Shown: piece after piece, positions 24,645 through 33,165 of the stretch | How the letters are laid out: every line of letters starts with the position of its first letter | Numbering within the stretch: the first letter of the stretch is position 1 | Virus record (IMG/VR): IMGVR_UViG_3300034341_000189 | Coordinates: 1 to 33,323 of that record | Direction: 5' to 3' (one strand) | Length of the DNA: 33,323 bases | Source: a virus | Taxonomy: Duplodnaviria; Caudoviricetes | Position numbers and translations under genes: made by a program | Notes under the pieces: model-generated | Database searches by the model: none | Told to the model about the DNA's origin: nothing | What the model saw: only the letters and a program-made list of their open reading frames with translations

Positions 24645-24944
24645 ATGAAACCTAAATTTATAAAATTAATTATGAGCGACTTAGATTTGAATCTACAGGA
24701 GAACGCTGTATTTAGTTACGTTTGCTCATTGGCGAATAAGACAGGGTACTGTTACGCCACCAGTAAACATATATGCGAGAGTCTTGATATCAAAGACAGG
24801 ACTTTCTATAGAATCCTTACAAGACTTGAGGAGAAAGAGTTTGTTACAAGGGTTACTAAGAGTGTAGGGAATGATGGTAAAGAACGTAAGATTTATGTTA
24901 ATCCGAAATATCGTTCTCTCTGTGATACAGTGTATGATACTTAG
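24645..24944 (+). CDS. winged-HTH protein, replication-initiator N-terminal type (99 aa)
   Basis: LANKTGYCYATSKHICESLDIKDRTFYRILTRLEEKEFV; upstream of repeat array B and the primase. Confidence 0.75.
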   Translation: MKPKFIKLIMSDLDLNLQENAVFSYVCSLANKTGYCYATSKHICESLDIKDRTFYRILTRLEEKEFVTRVTKSVGNDGKERKIYVNPKYRSLCDTVYDT

Positions 24945-25019
24945 TACAATGTATAATAGAATACATTGTATAGTAAGTAAATAAAATACTATACAATGTA
25001 CTAAATACTATACATTGTA
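24926..25019. repeat. array B of TACA(A/T/G)TGTA; candidate replication origin iterons
   Basis: Units at 24926, 24945, 24962, 24992 and 25011 in very AT-rich DNA between the HTH and primase-helicase genes. Confidence 0.8.
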
Positions 25020-25056
25020 CTATATATACTTATAAAAAACAAAATTATATTTTAAT

Positions 25057-26805
25057 ATGCAAACGATTGAACAAAAATTTTTAGCTTTAGGCATACAACC
25101 GAAGGGAAACGGTGTAGAGCAAAAGGTTAGATGTCCTAAATGCGCCAGTTTAGGTAAAGAGAATTGGAAAGATACTTGTCTTTCTATTAATCTGGCGAAA
25201 GGAGTTTACAATTGCCACAAGTGTGGAGATAAAGGAACAGTTAATAGTAGAGAAGAATATGTAGTTATGGAACAGCCTAAGAAAGTTTATAAGTCGCCAA
25301 GTAAAAGTAATATGAAGAGTATTACTAAAGAAGGGCGTAAATTCCTAAACGATAGAGGAATCACTAATGAAGTGATTGATAAAAATAAGATTGTATCTAC
25401 AAAAGATAACAAGAGTATTGCATTTTCGTATTTAAAGGATAACGAACTTATAAACTACAAAACAAGAGGTATAAACGGTAAAACATTTACTCAGGCGAAA
25501 GATGCTAAACCCATCATCTACAATTACGATAGAGTGAAAAATGCCGAATCTATTGTTATATGTGAGGGCGAAATAGACTCACTATCGTGGGAAGTTACTG
25601 GTATTGATTTCCATACTTCAGTGAATATGGGTGCGCCAAATGTAGGGGATAAGAATATAGATAAGAAGTTAGAGTGTATTTCTAATTGCTACGAAGTGTT
25701 TGAACAGGCGAAGAAAGTATATATCGCCACTGATAATGACGATAATGGCAGACTATTGGAAAGAGAACTACTTAGAAGAGTTGGTGCAGATAAATGTAAA
25801 ATAGTTGATTTAAGACCGTTTAAGGATGCGAATGATGTCTTACTACAAGAGGGCGTAGAAGGTCTCAGAAATCGCCTTAAAACGGCTCAAGACCCTAAAT
25901 TAGAGGGTGTATTTCAAGTAACAGACGTTATGGATTCTATGTTAGATGGATTTCACAACGGACAGGAAAGAGGTACAACTACTTACATTCCTGCTGTAGA
26001 TGAGGCGTGGACTTGGAGAAAGCAAGAGATTACTATTTGGACAGGCTATCAGAATGAAGGAAAGAGTTTGTTTCTTAATCAACTTGCAGCGATAAAGGCG
26101 TTTCACGATGGATGGAAGTTTGGTATTTTTACGCCAGAGAATATGCCTATGCGAGACTTCTTTAACGATATTATAGAGATGTACATAGGTAAAAGTGCTG
26201 ACCCATACTATTCACACCAGATGACTGAAGAGGAATATAAGGCAGGTATTGAGTTTGTAAAGAAACACTTCTTTGTTATCTATCCTAAGAAGTTCTTTAC
26301 GCTTGAGAATATATTTGAACGTGCTAAATTCTTAGTACGCCAAAAAGGAATTAGGTCGCTAATTATTGACCCATACAATACTGTTCAGCATAAGATGTTT
26401 TCTGGCGAAAGAGAAGACTTATACATCAGTAGATTTATGTCTGAACTAAAGAGGTTTGCAATAGATAACGATATTAGTGTGAATTTAGTGGCGCATCAAG
26501 TAACGCCACAAAAGACTGAGGATGGTAGATACTACAAGCCTGATGTCAATAAGATAAAGGGTGGAGGTACGTTTGCTGACAAAGCTGATAACGTGGCGTA
26601 TGTATGGAGACCAAACAGGGCTTTGGATTTCTCAGATACAAGTGTTATCTTTGGTACACAAAAGATAAAGAAGCAGAAGTTAGTTGGTATTCCACAAGAC
26701 GTTACTGGCATAAACTTCAACATAAGAGAGCAGAGATATTACTTTAATGGGTACACACCCTTTAACGATATTGATGCTAAAAGATGCGAAAGAAAGCAAG
26801 AGTAG
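25057..26805 (+). CDS. primase-helicase (T7 gp4/Twinkle-like, 582 aa)
   Basis: Zn finger CPKC...CHKC; TOPRIM CEGEID and DNDDNG; Walker A GYQNEGKS; IIDPYN; LVAH. Confidence 0.92.
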   Translation: MQTIEQKFLALGIQPKGNGVEQKVRCPKCASLGKENWKDTCLSINLAKGVYNCHKCGDKGTVNSREEYVVMEQPKKVYKSPSKSNMKSITKEGRKFLNDRGITNEVIDKNKIVSTKDNKSIAFSYLKDNELINYKTRGINGKTFTQAKDAKPIIYNYDRVKNAESIVICEGEIDSLSWEVTGIDFHTSVNMGAPNVGDKNIDKKLECISNCYEVFEQAKKVYIATDNDDNGRLLERELLRRVGADKCKIVDLRPFKDANDVLLQEGVEGLRNRLKTAQDPKLEGVFQVTDVMDSMLDGFHNGQERGTTTYIPAVDEAWTWRKQEITIWTGYQNEGKSLFLNQLAAIKAFHDGWKFGIFTPENMPMRDFFNDIIEMYIGKSADPYYSHQMTEEEYKAGIEFVKKHFFVIYPKKFFTLENIFERAKFLVRQKGIRSLIIDPYNTVQHKMFSGEREDLYISRFMSELKRFAIDNDISVNLVAHQVTPQKTEDGRYYKPDVNKIKGGGTFADKADNVAYVWRPNRALDFSDTSVIFGTQKIKKQKLVGIPQDVTGINFNIREQRYYFNGYTPFNDIDAKRCERKQE

Positions 26806-27086
26806 ATGCGAATCAAAAAGAAATAGTACAGGAATTGAGAAAGCGAGGTATATCTGTTTTACATACACACCAACTTGGTAAAGGTGCGCCTGATATCATA
26901 GTAGGTTATATGAATTCAAATTACCTTATTGAACTAAAAGACGGAAACAAATCTAAGAGTCAACAGAGATTAACCAAAGACGAATTAGACTTCTCGCTGA
27001 AGTGGCGTGGAAGTTATGCAGTGTGCAATTCGTTAGAACAAATACTGTTACTTATAGATTATGACGAAGAACGAGCTATTAGATAA
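26784..27086 (+). CDS. VRR-NUC-like nuclease / resolvase (100 aa)
   Basis: RVDANQKEIV...GKGAPDIIVG....LIELKD...LT.DE. Confidence 0.8.
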   Translation: MRKKARVDANQKEIVQELRKRGISVLHTHQLGKGAPDIIVGYMNSNYLIELKDGNKSKSQQRLTKDELDFSLKWRGSYAVCNSLEQILLLIDYDEERAIR

Positions 27087-27615
27087 ATTAGCTGAAAAAT
27101 ATGATGATTGGATGAATATGGCGAAATCCTTCTGGTTAAATGAAGAAGATGCGTCAGACCTCGTTCAAGAGATGTTTGTTAGAATTTTTGATTATGTTAA
27201 AGACCCTAATAAAATTATGTACAATGAAACGGAGTTAAATACGTTTTATGTTTATGTAACACTTAGGAATCTTTATTACTCAAAGCTAACTTACAATAAT
27301 AAGTTTGTAAGTATAGATGACCATATGGCGACACTCGATAAAACTTATTTCTGTGAAGAAGAGTTTGGAGAAAAGAATAGAAAAGAATATCTGGAGAAGG
27401 TATTTAGTAATGTAGATTCAATAATGGACACTTGGTATTGGTATGATAAAAAGATGTTTGAATTATATTACAGAACTGATATGTCTATGAGAGATATATC
27501 AAGTGAGACAAATATAACATTAAGTTCAATTTTTAATACACTTTCAAATGCAAAAGCGCAAATCAGGAAAAAGCTCAAAGAAGACTACGAAGAGTACAAG
27601 CGTACAAAAGAGTAA
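27061..27615 (+). CDS. phage-encoded ECF-like RNA polymerase sigma factor (184 aa)
   Basis: Region 2 A.DLVQEMF...YVYVTLRN; region 4 HTH MSMRDISSETNITLSSIFNTL. Confidence 0.75.
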   Translation: MTKNELLDKLAEKYDDWMNMAKSFWLNEEDASDLVQEMFVRIFDYVKDPNKIMYNETELNTFYVYVTLRNLYYSKLTYNNKFVSIDDHMATLDKTYFCEEEFGEKNRKEYLEKVFSNVDSIMDTWYWYDKKMFELYYRTDMSMRDISSETNITLSSIFNTLSNAKAQIRKKLKEDYEEYKRTKE

Positions 27616-27967
27616 AGGATTAGGAGATACTGTAGAAAAAGTATTTAAAGCTACAGGCGTAGATAAAATAGCCAAGTGGGCTTTAGGAGAGGACTGCGGT
27701 TGTGAAGAGCGTAAAGACGTTCTGAATCGTATGTTTCCTTACGCCAAACCAGAATGTCTGAATGAAGAGGAGTTTGAGTTTCTCCACTGGTATTTTACAA
27801 ACAAACCGCCTGAGATTACATCAGACCAGCAAAAGAGATTAATCGCTATATACAATAGAGTGTTACATCAGAAAGCTAAACCAACAAGATGTACTCCCTG
27901 TTTTATAAATAGTATTCACAATAAATTATATAAGATATATGCAGAGTACGCAAAGCAATACGATTAG
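27548..27967 (+). CDS. Cys-motif hypothetical protein (CGC and CxxC)
   Basis: SKGLGDTVEK..KATG...EDCGCEERK..LN...CTPC; start codon uncertain. Confidence 0.7.
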   Translation: MQKRKSGKSSKKTTKSTSVQKSKGLGDTVEKVFKATGVDKIAKWALGEDCGCEERKDVLNRMFPYAKPECLNEEEFEFLHWYFTNKPPEITSDQQKRLIAIYNRVLHQKAKPTRCTPCFINSIHNKLYKIYAEYAKQYD

Positions 27968-28370
27968 AGATATACACTCTCTTGAGAATTCAGCAGTATC
28001 TATGTTGAATATGTATGGATGGAATTTACAGTGGACTGGAGAAGGTATGTCTCACTGGGATGCAAAGGGATATACACCTAAAGGTAATAAGTGTATTATA
28101 GAAATGAAGTTCAGGGATTCATATTACTATAGTAAGATGTTAGAGGATTACAAGTATAAAGCTCTTATGAATTTAGACCCTGATGTTGTTAAACTTTATT
28201 ATGTTAGTGACCCAAAAGGTGTTTATATATTTCACTTAAACAACTTCACTAAACTAAACAAAAAAGCTATACCCTGTCCAAAGACAACATTATGGAGTGA
28301 TACTAAAGTAAAGAAATATGTTTATCTACTAAATGAGTGTGATGCTTCACTCATAATTAGAAACAATTAA
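27939..28370 (+). CDS. putative PD-(D/E)XK-fold nuclease (143 aa)
   Basis: WDAKG...IIEMKFR pattern. Confidence 0.55.
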   Translation: MQSTQSNTIRDIHSLENSAVSMLNMYGWNLQWTGEGMSHWDAKGYTPKGNKCIIEMKFRDSYYYSKMLEDYKYKALMNLDPDVVKLYYVSDPKGVYIFHLNNFTKLNKKAIPCPKTTLWSDTKVKKYVYLLNECDASLIIRNN

Positions 28371-28391
28371 TAGCTATGTTGTTACTTTAAT
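28361..28391 (+). promoter_or_regulatory. putative phage late promoter
   Basis: AAACA-N15-GTTACTTTAAT directly followed by ATG 28392. Confidence 0.7.
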
Positions 28392-28547
28392 ATGCCACTA
28401 CTACGACCTAAGAAATACGAGAAAAACAAAGACTTCATTCAAAGATGTATGGGTAATGCTAAAATGGGAGAGGAAAACCCAGATAGAGACCAGCGTTATG
28501 CCGTATGTCAAACAATCTGGAAAGACCAGTTCAATCCAAAAAAGTAG
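28392..28547 (+). CDS. microprotein (51 aa, MPLLRP...FIQRCM...QRYAVC)
   Basis: Translated by hand; has its own late-type promoter. Confidence 0.7.
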   Translation: MPLLRPKKYEKNKDFIQRCMGNAKMGEENPDRDQRYAVCQTIWKDQFNPKK

Positions 28548-28555
28548 TTAACAAT

Positions 28556-28587
28556 TTTGTTTATTAAATAATTCTTTTATATATTTG
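28556..28587 (+). promoter_or_regulatory. Bacteroidota sigma-A type promoter
   Basis: TTTG (28556-28559), 20 nt, TATATTTG (28580-28587). Confidence 0.75.
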
Positions 28588-28605
28588 TACTCAAATCAAG
28601 TACAG

Positions 28606-28797
28606 ATGATTATAAAGAGAATTATATTACACCCCCTTAATCTTATACGAGTATCTGTAGCTATTGTAACACTCATTGTGTTCTTTTGCTTAGAAACTAT
28701 ACTCCTTATTATATATCACGGAGTAGAGACACCGTTAAGGACAGCCCTTAACTTAATAGAGAAGTTTATTAAATACACAATCAAATATATACGATAA
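28606..28797 (+). CDS. small membrane protein (63 aa)
   Basis: Hydrophobic core; TTG 28585 lies within the promoter, so ATG 28606 is preferred. Confidence 0.6.
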   Translation: MIIKRIILHPLNLIRVSVAIVTLIVFFCLETILLIIYHGVETPLRTALNLIEKFIKYTIKYIR

Positions 28798-29021
28798 TGG
28801 GAAAATCAGGAGAAGAGTTCATCAAGTTTGTTGAGAGACAACAGCAAGAGGCTGGTGACGACAGAACAAGAGCGTTCTATGAGGATATGGAACGCCAATA
28901 CTACGAAGCTCAAGAAGAGAGAGTTCGTATGAATTCAGAGGAATATAAACAACAGAGGGAAGAGATGAGGAAAGCACTATGGGGTGCGTTTAATCAATTT
29001 CATCCACACACTTGGATATGA
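28797..29021 (+). CDS. hypothetical protein (74 aa)
   Basis: ORF track; coupled to both neighbours. Confidence 0.7.
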   Translation: MGKSGEEFIKFVERQQQEAGDDRTRAFYEDMERQYYEAQEERVRMNSEEYKQQREEMRKALWGAFNQFHPHTWI

Positions 29022-29167
29022 AAGATAACAAAGATTGGAAGACACAGGCAGGTCTTGATATTTACGAATCATTAGTTGAACTTGCGCCTGAAGGATTTAG
29101 AGGACAGCCTCTTTACCTATCAGATGGTGTTTGGGTTTATCCTGATGGAACAATGGAAACAGAATAG
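29018..29167 (+). CDS. hypothetical protein (49 aa, ...YLSDGVWVYPDG...)
   Basis: Translated by hand; ATGA overlap. Confidence 0.6.
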   Translation: MKDNKDWKTQAGLDIYESLVELAPEGFRGQPLYLSDGVWVYPDGTMETE

Positions 29168-29169
29168 AT

Positions 29170-29949
29170 ATGAAGCATACAATAATGACGCTGGATGGAA
29201 AGTTCTGGCAATACGATGAGATACTGAAAGAGATGGACAGTGATGAGTTCTACTATGGTTACTTAGGAAAGTACGCTCTTAGCAGTAGTTCGGTAAAGAC
29301 ACTTTTGGATTCTCCAAAGGCTTACTTAAAATCATTAAGACAACGGAGCGACACCCCTGCGTTATTACAGGGGAGGCTCGTTCACTTGGCGGTTTTAGAG
29401 CCTCACAAGTTTGATAAGCTAAACTTTGTGGATGTGAAGAGTAGAAACACTAAAGCATTTAAAGAAGCACTTAGCGAGAACTCGGAGAGCTATACGATGA
29501 GAGAACACGATTCAGCTATGTATATGGCTCAGGCGATTCACGATAATAAACACGCCAGAGAATTATTAGAGGGTACTGACAAAGAAGTGCCATCAATGAA
29601 TATGATGTTTGGTAAACCCTTCAGAGGTAAAGCTGATGCTTTAGGTTCAGGGCGTATGGTTGATTTAAAGACAACAGGCAGTGATATGAATGAGTTTCAC
29701 TGGAGTGCAAAGAAGTTTAAGTATATGTGTCAAGCCTACATTTATAGTAAGTTATTCGATGTAGATTACAAAGACATATATTATCTGGCGATAAACAAAG
29801 AAACTTATGACATAGGAATCTTTGATGTTTCGCAAGAATTTTATAACTTAGGCGAAAGTTTAGTAGAGAGAGCAGTTCAAGTATATACGGATGAGATAGA
29901 GAATGGAATGAATGAATTGCACAACTATACTATTAGAGGCACACTTTGA
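29170..29949 (+). CDS. RecE/exonuclease VIII-like PD-(D/E)XK exonuclease (259 aa)
   Basis: LSSSSVK.LL.SP...GRLVH.AVLEP...FRGKAD....VDLKTT...Y..QAYIY. Confidence 0.8.
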   Translation: MKHTIMTLDGKFWQYDEILKEMDSDEFYYGYLGKYALSSSSVKTLLDSPKAYLKSLRQRSDTPALLQGRLVHLAVLEPHKFDKLNFVDVKSRNTKAFKEALSENSESYTMREHDSAMYMAQAIHDNKHARELLEGTDKEVPSMNMMFGKPFRGKADALGSGRMVDLKTTGSDMNEFHWSAKKFKYMCQAYIYSKLFDVDYKDIYYLAINKETYDIGIFDVSQEFYNLGESLVERAVQVYTDEIENGMNELHNYTIRGTL

Positions 29950-30140
29950 TTGAAGACGATTATAAATTATTAATAGAAGAATATAAGAACGACATTCTTT
30001 TGTCACTCAGAATGGGAGTGCTGAGAGTAGATGAGTTAAAGTATCTGCTACAGCACTTCAAGGATGAGGAGAACTATGAGGCTTGTCAAGGGCTATCGAA
30101 TGCTTACGTTCTATTTAAAGAAGAGTTAGATGAATACTGA
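29946..30140 (+). CDS. hypothetical protein (64 aa)
   Basis: ORF track; TTG start overlapping the upstream stop; ENYEACQG motif. Confidence 0.55.
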   Translation: MIEDDYKLLIEEYKNDILLSLRMGVLRVDELKYLLQHFKDEENYEACQGLSNAYVLFKEELDEY

Positions 30141-30660
30141 TTTTGATATATTAAGAGACATTACACAAGAGGTTTGTAAGGCAGACCCAACTAAAGAAAC
30201 AAGACAGAGAGAAGTTGTATATGCACGAATGATTATGTATAAAGTCCTGCATAGTTTCCATAAACATACTTACACCAGAATAGGGAGGATGTTCGGAAAG
30301 AATCACGCCACCGTATTACATAGTATTAACCAGTTTGATAATATGGTTAGAAATGATGACTGGTTAAACAATAGATTCCACTGCGTTCTAAGTGAATACA
30401 CAAAAGAGATTAGCTTACAGAACGAAGCTATTGCAGATGTATATCTAAAGAATAAAATACTTGAATCTAAACTGAAGGCGCAAAAAAGAATTATAAGACA
30501 GTGTAAGGAGATATCTGATGTTATTGATGGCGTACCTGAAGACAAGGTAAAGCAGATAACTCAAAAGCTCCGTATGCTTGTGGAGGTTGCTAAGAAAGAG
30601 ATAAAGCCTCGTAATCAACAGACAGTAGTATATAACTCTAATATAGTATCACACGAATGA
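30130..30660 (+). CDS. DnaA domain IV-like HTH protein with a coiled coil (176 aa)
   Basis: RQREVVYARM......HTYTRIGRMFGKNHATVLHS resembles the DnaA C-terminal signature. Confidence 0.7.
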   Translation: MNTDFDILRDITQEVCKADPTKETRQREVVYARMIMYKVLHSFHKHTYTRIGRMFGKNHATVLHSINQFDNMVRNDDWLNNRFHCVLSEYTKEISLQNEAIADVYLKNKILESKLKAQKRIIRQCKEISDVIDGVPEDKVKQITQKLRMLVEVAKKEIKPRNQQTVVYNSNIVSHE

Positions 30661-30812
30661 GAATAGAAACTGGAAGAATAAATTATCAACTCTCATTTGG
30701 TTTTACAATAGCTAACTACCATAATGAGTACAGAGCATTTATAATAGACTTTGCCTTTTGGTATATAGAATTTATATTTCAAGATTATGAAGAGGAAGAA
30801 AACAAAAGCTGA
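30657..30812 (+). CDS. small aromatic-rich protein (51 aa)
   Basis: Translated by hand: MRIETGRINYQLSFGF...; ATGA overlap. Confidence 0.5.
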   Translation: MRIETGRINYQLSFGFTIANYHNEYRAFIIDFAFWYIEFIFQDYEEEENKS

Positions 30813-30921
30813 AATAGATAAGGATGTTAAGTTCATTCCTATTCCTGAGTGGCGTAATACTTATCAATATCATAGAACTAATAAACGTGCTACATACGTT
30901 GACTTAAACAAGAAGAGATGA
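30787..30921 (+). CDS. small basic protein (44 aa)
   Basis: MKRKKTKAEIDKDVKFIPIPEW...KKR. Confidence 0.5.
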   Translation: MKRKKTKAEIDKDVKFIPIPEWRNTYQYHRTNKRATYVDLNKKR

Positions 30922-31073
30922 AGTTTTATAAACAAAATACAATTTTTTACTTTTTACCTACAATAATTTATACCTACGATAAAAGACAATTAGGTTGCTA
31001 CTTAATTGAGTTCTCTTGGCTAAACTATTGCCTTGAGATTGAGTTTGGATGGGATGATAAAATACCAGAATAA
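30918..31073 (+). CDS. small aromatic-rich protein (51 aa)
   Basis: MKFYKQNTIFYFLPTIIY...; ATGA overlap. Confidence 0.5.
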   Translation: MKFYKQNTIFYFLPTIIYTYDKRQLGCYLIEFSWLNYCLEIEFGWDDKIPE

Positions 31074-31075
31074 AT

Positions 31076-31207
31076 ATGAAACAAAAGAAATGGACTCAGG
31101 CTCAAAGGATAGCTAATCTGGAGAAAGCTACTTCTAATCTCTATATGATGATTCAGGCGATAATTGATAAGCTACCCAAAGAAGAAAACACCGAAGAGAA
31201 AAAGTAG
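31076..31207 (+). CDS. small protein (43 aa)
   Basis: MKQKKWTQAQRIANLEKA...EKK. Confidence 0.5.
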   Translation: MKQKKWTQAQRIANLEKATSNLYMMIQAIIDKLPKEENTEEKK

Positions 31208-31217
31208 TTACTTTAAT
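31186..31217 (+). promoter_or_regulatory. putative phage late promoter for the terminase operon
   Basis: AAACA-N16-GTTACTTTAAT, 12 nt before ATG 31230. Confidence 0.65.
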
Positions 31218-31229
31218 TAAAGGTATCGT

Positions 31230-31748
31230 ATGTCTGACGAGCAAGAGTTTAAGAAACAGGGAGTTATCAGTGCTAAAACACAGAAGTGGTTAGCTGAGAA
31301 GAAACGTAAAGAAGAAGAAGCGAAAGCTAAACCTAAACCAGCTCTGAAGAAAGAAGAGCCAAAGGCGAACAAACCAACGATTATAAAAGAAGAGCACCAG
31401 AGATATTCTGATGGGCGTAGAAACAACGGAGCTGTCAAAGGAATATCAAGAGGGCAAGGGCGTAAGCCAAAAGCGAAAGAAGAGGAGATAAAGAACTTCG
31501 CTCTTGGTTCAATGAAACGTGCCTTTGGTAGTGAGAAGAAAGCGTGGGAAGCTCTTGCAAATATGAGTAAAGATTCCTTCCCACACTTACGCCTGTTATG
31601 GGAGTATAAGTACGGTAAACCGAAAGAACAAAAGGAATTGAATGTAAAACAGGAAGTGAACATTCCTGTAATATCATTCTTAGACCCAGAGAAAACTATT
31701 GATATTGACGCTGAAATACAAGATGATGGCAAAGAAAATAAAGAATAG
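31230..31748 (+). CDS. terS: terminase small subunit (172 aa)
   Basis: DGRRNNG...GQGRKPK and LLWEYKYGKPKE motifs; upstream of terL. Confidence 0.65.
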   Translation: MSDEQEFKKQGVISAKTQKWLAEKKRKEEEAKAKPKPALKKEEPKANKPTIIKEEHQRYSDGRRNNGAVKGISRGQGRKPKAKEEEIKNFALGSMKRAFGSEKKAWEALANMSKDSFPHLRLLWEYKYGKPKEQKELNVKQEVNIPVISFLDPEKTIDIDAEIQDDGKENKE

Positions 31749-31863
31749 TTATTCTCCGTTCTTCAATGAGAAGAAGGGATTTGATTGTGTTGAATATGAG
31801 ATAGGTAGAGAGAGATGCGAGGAGCAGTGTTCGTTCTGTAGCGTTATACCTATCACTGAGTAA
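31726..31863 (+). CDS. Cys-containing microprotein (45 aa)
   Basis: MAKKIKNSYS...DCVEYEIGRERCEEQCSFC...; stop overlaps the terL ATG. Confidence 0.55.
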   Translation: MAKKIKNSYSPFFNEKKGFDCVEYEIGRERCEEQCSFCSVIPITE

Positions 31864-33077
31864 TGAAGAATGTTGTTCTTAATCCAAAGTATCATTCGTT
31901 ATTTGAGTCTCTATCCAGATACCATATCTGTACTGGTGGGCGAGGTAGCGGAAAGTCTTTTGCAGTAAATACATTCTTAGTATTACTCACTTACGAAAAA
32001 GGGCACAAGATACTTTTTACTCGATATACAATGACTTCGGCAAGTATGTCGATTATACCAGAGTTTCTGGAGAAGTTAGACCTTATGGGTATTGGCGGTA
32101 ACTTTACTGTCACAAAGACTGAAATCATAAACAATCTTACAGGGAGCAGTATATTCTTCAGTGGTATCAAGACAGCCAGTGGAGACCAAACTGCAAAGCT
32201 AAAGTCTATTCAGGGTGTTACCACGTTTGTATTGGATGAGGCGGAGGAGCTTACAGACGAAGAATCGTTTGATAAGATAGATTACTCTGTAAGGGCGATG
32301 GGTACGCAGAACAGATGTATCTTAATTCTAAACCCTACAACAAAAGAACACTGGATATATCAGAGGTTCTTTCAAAACAGAGGTATTCCTGATGGACACA
32401 ATGGAGAGAAGGAGAATGTGAGTTATGTTCACACTACATACTTAGACAATAAGAAACACTTGTCTGAATCATTTGTGGCGCAAGTAGAGGATATGAGAAC
32501 AAGACGCCCAGATAAATATAAGCACCAGATATTAGGTGGCTGGTTAGATAGAGCTGAAGGAGTTATCTTTACTCACTGGCGCATTGGAGAGTTCGATAAC
32601 AATCAGGACACAATCTTTGGACTCGACTTTGGTTTCTCAACAGACCCCTCAGTATTAACTGAAATTGCAATAGACAAGGTTCGTAAAATAATATGGATTA
32701 GAGAGCACTTCTACAAGGCAGGTATGTCCACCTCCAACATATTCGAGATGTGCCGTAGAATCGCAGGAAAACAGCTTATAGTGTGTGATAACAGTGAGCC
32801 TCGACTAATAAGTGAGCTGAAGACTAAAGGACTCAATATAACGCCAACGATAAAGAAGAAGGGTAGTATATTAACAGGAATCGCTCTAATGCAAGACTAC
32901 GATATTATTGTAGATAAAGAATCTATCAATACAATTAAGGAGTTCAATAATTATGCTTGGAAACTAAAGGGTAGTATTCCACAGGATAACTGGAATCACA
33001 GCATTGACGGAAGTCGGTATGCAATTCAATACCTACTTACTCGAAGTATTCCAAAAGGTATGTATGTTATAAAGTGA
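31863..33077 (+). CDS. terL: terminase large subunit, PBSX/SPP1-like (404 aa)
   Basis: Walker A GGRGSGKS, Walker B VLDEAEE, LNP coupling motif, nuclease GLDFGF..DP and NHSIDGSRY. Confidence 0.93.
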   Translation: MKNVVLNPKYHSLFESLSRYHICTGGRGSGKSFAVNTFLVLLTYEKGHKILFTRYTMTSASMSIIPEFLEKLDLMGIGGNFTVTKTEIINNLTGSSIFFSGIKTASGDQTAKLKSIQGVTTFVLDEAEELTDEESFDKIDYSVRAMGTQNRCILILNPTTKEHWIYQRFFQNRGIPDGHNGEKENVSYVHTTYLDNKKHLSESFVAQVEDMRTRRPDKYKHQILGGWLDRAEGVIFTHWRIGEFDNNQDTIFGLDFGFSTDPSVLTEIAIDKVRKIIWIREHFYKAGMSTSNIFEMCRRIAGKQLIVCDNSEPRLISELKTKGLNITPTIKKKGSILTGIALMQDYDIIVDKESINTIKEFNNYAWKLKGSIPQDNWNHSIDGSRYAIQYLLTRSIPKGMYVIK

Positions 33078-33165
33078 TAACAGGCGTTTTAAGCCTTGCA
33101 TTTTGGTGTTTTAGAGCACTTCTCTACTCAAGTGATACCAAGATACCTTTATGAATTTAAACGCC

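Noticed and set aside
24944-24956. Read-through of the HTH TAG into a longer initiator
   Set aside because: An in-frame TAA follows three codons later and there is no ORF before the primase.
813-31732. Minus-strand ORFs in the track (e.g. 1848-2096, 3403-3735, 13102-13452, 18220-20142, 31217-31732)
   Set aside because: Most are antisense shadows of well-supported + strand genes, with S/L/V/F-rich composition and no motifs.
25057-33077. Introns or inteins in primase-helicase or terL
   Set aside because: Both ORFs are uninterrupted, of normal length, with motifs in the expected order.
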